A DNA stretch of 64,000 nt from Promethearchaeota archaeon (GTDB lineage Archaea; Asgardarchaeota; Lokiarchaeia; Sigyniarchaeales; SOKP01). Under the pieces are notes generated by a model. It was given only the letters and a program-made list of their open reading frames with translations. It had not been told where the DNA came from and did no database searches. Shown piece by piece: positions 63,411-64,000 of the stretch (position 1 is the first letter of the stretch; every line of letters begins with the position of its first letter). The position numbers were made by a program, and so were the translations under genes. The DNA lies in NCBI GenBank assembly GCA_011364925.1, contig RDOA01000014.1:14532-78531 (forward strand). The letters run 5' to 3'.

Positions 63411-64000
63411 ATGTCATTTATCAGAACAAGCGAAGAAAAACTTGTTTTTGGGGTAATTGTAGGAAATCGAGATGTATTTCCTGATCACCTAGCTCAACAA
63501 GGGAGATTAGAAATTATAAGCGTATTGAAAGAATTAGGATATGAATATGTTGTTCTAAACGAAAATGATACTAAATTTGGAGTAGTGGAAACTTATTCAG
63601 ATGCAAAAAAATGTGTAGAGTTGTTTAAGAAACATAAAGAAGATATTTCAGGAATTTTAATAATCCTGCCAAATTTTGGTGACGAGAAAGCCATTGCAAA
63701 CACAATAAAATTATCTGGATTAAACGTACCAATCCTTATTCAAGCTTCTTCAGACGAGATCGATAAAATGGGGAGAAAATATAGAAGGGATGCTTTTTGT
63801 GGAAAGATCTCTGTATGTAATGTATTATACCAGCATGGAATTCCTTTTTCTTTGACTGATACGCATACATGCTCTATTAGGTCTAATGAATTTAAAACTG
63901 ACATAACCAAATTTGCCAGCGTATGTAAAATTGTAAAAAAACTCAGAAATGTGAGGTTTGGACAAATAGGGACTCGCCCAAATGCTTTTGAAACGGTTAG
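63411..64000 (+). CDS. L-fucose/L-arabinose isomerase family protein (runs off the window end)
   Basis: Translated manually: GVIVGNRDVFP, LPNFGDE, RRDAFCGKISVCN, GQIGTRPNAFETV; no stop before 64000. Confidence 0.8.
   Translation, partial: MSFIRTSEEKLVFGVIVGNRDVFPDHLAQQGRLEIISVLKELGYEYVVLNENDTKFGVVETYSDAKKCVELFKKHKEDISGILIILPNFGDEKAIANTIKLSGLNVPILIQASSDEIDKMGRKYRRDAFCGKISVCNVLYQHGIPFSLTDTHTCSIRSNEFKTDITKFASVCKIVKKLRNVRFGQIGTRPNAFETV

Overview
AT-rich archaeal chromosomal window, most consistent with an Asgard (Lokiarchaeia-type) genome. Evidence: proteasome beta subunit, aCPSF1, archaeal long FKBP, BHB-intron tRNA, a diphthamide-less EF-2 paralog, a multi-PAS kinase and ITPK1-like kinases. 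0-18.6 kb is a carbohydrate island (GH20, ChbG/YdjC, esterase, GH106, GH2, MFS) with a phosphorylative L-rhamnose pathway (rhaA, rhaB, archaeal class II aldolase) and an aldehyde:ferredoxin oxidoreductase embedded in the operon. 23-37 kb holds four ATP-grasp proteins with ITPK1-type motifs (clearest in two) around a myo-inositol-1-phosphate synthase, a candidate lipid-independent inositol polyphosphate locus. Other highlights: a 789-aa Zn-finger / five winged-helix (UFL1/DDRGK1/PCI-like) / adaptin-ear-like protein, a stand-alone IFT52/GldG (GIFT)-like protein, tRNA-Gly(CCC), tRNA-Gln(CTG) with a 30-nt T-loop intron and C33, two unexplained structured intergenic elements, an unannotated 48-aa ORF and a probable ATA-initiated ATL gene. 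No CRISPR array, rRNA or transposase was seen. All family calls come from motif recognition by eye, not database searches.
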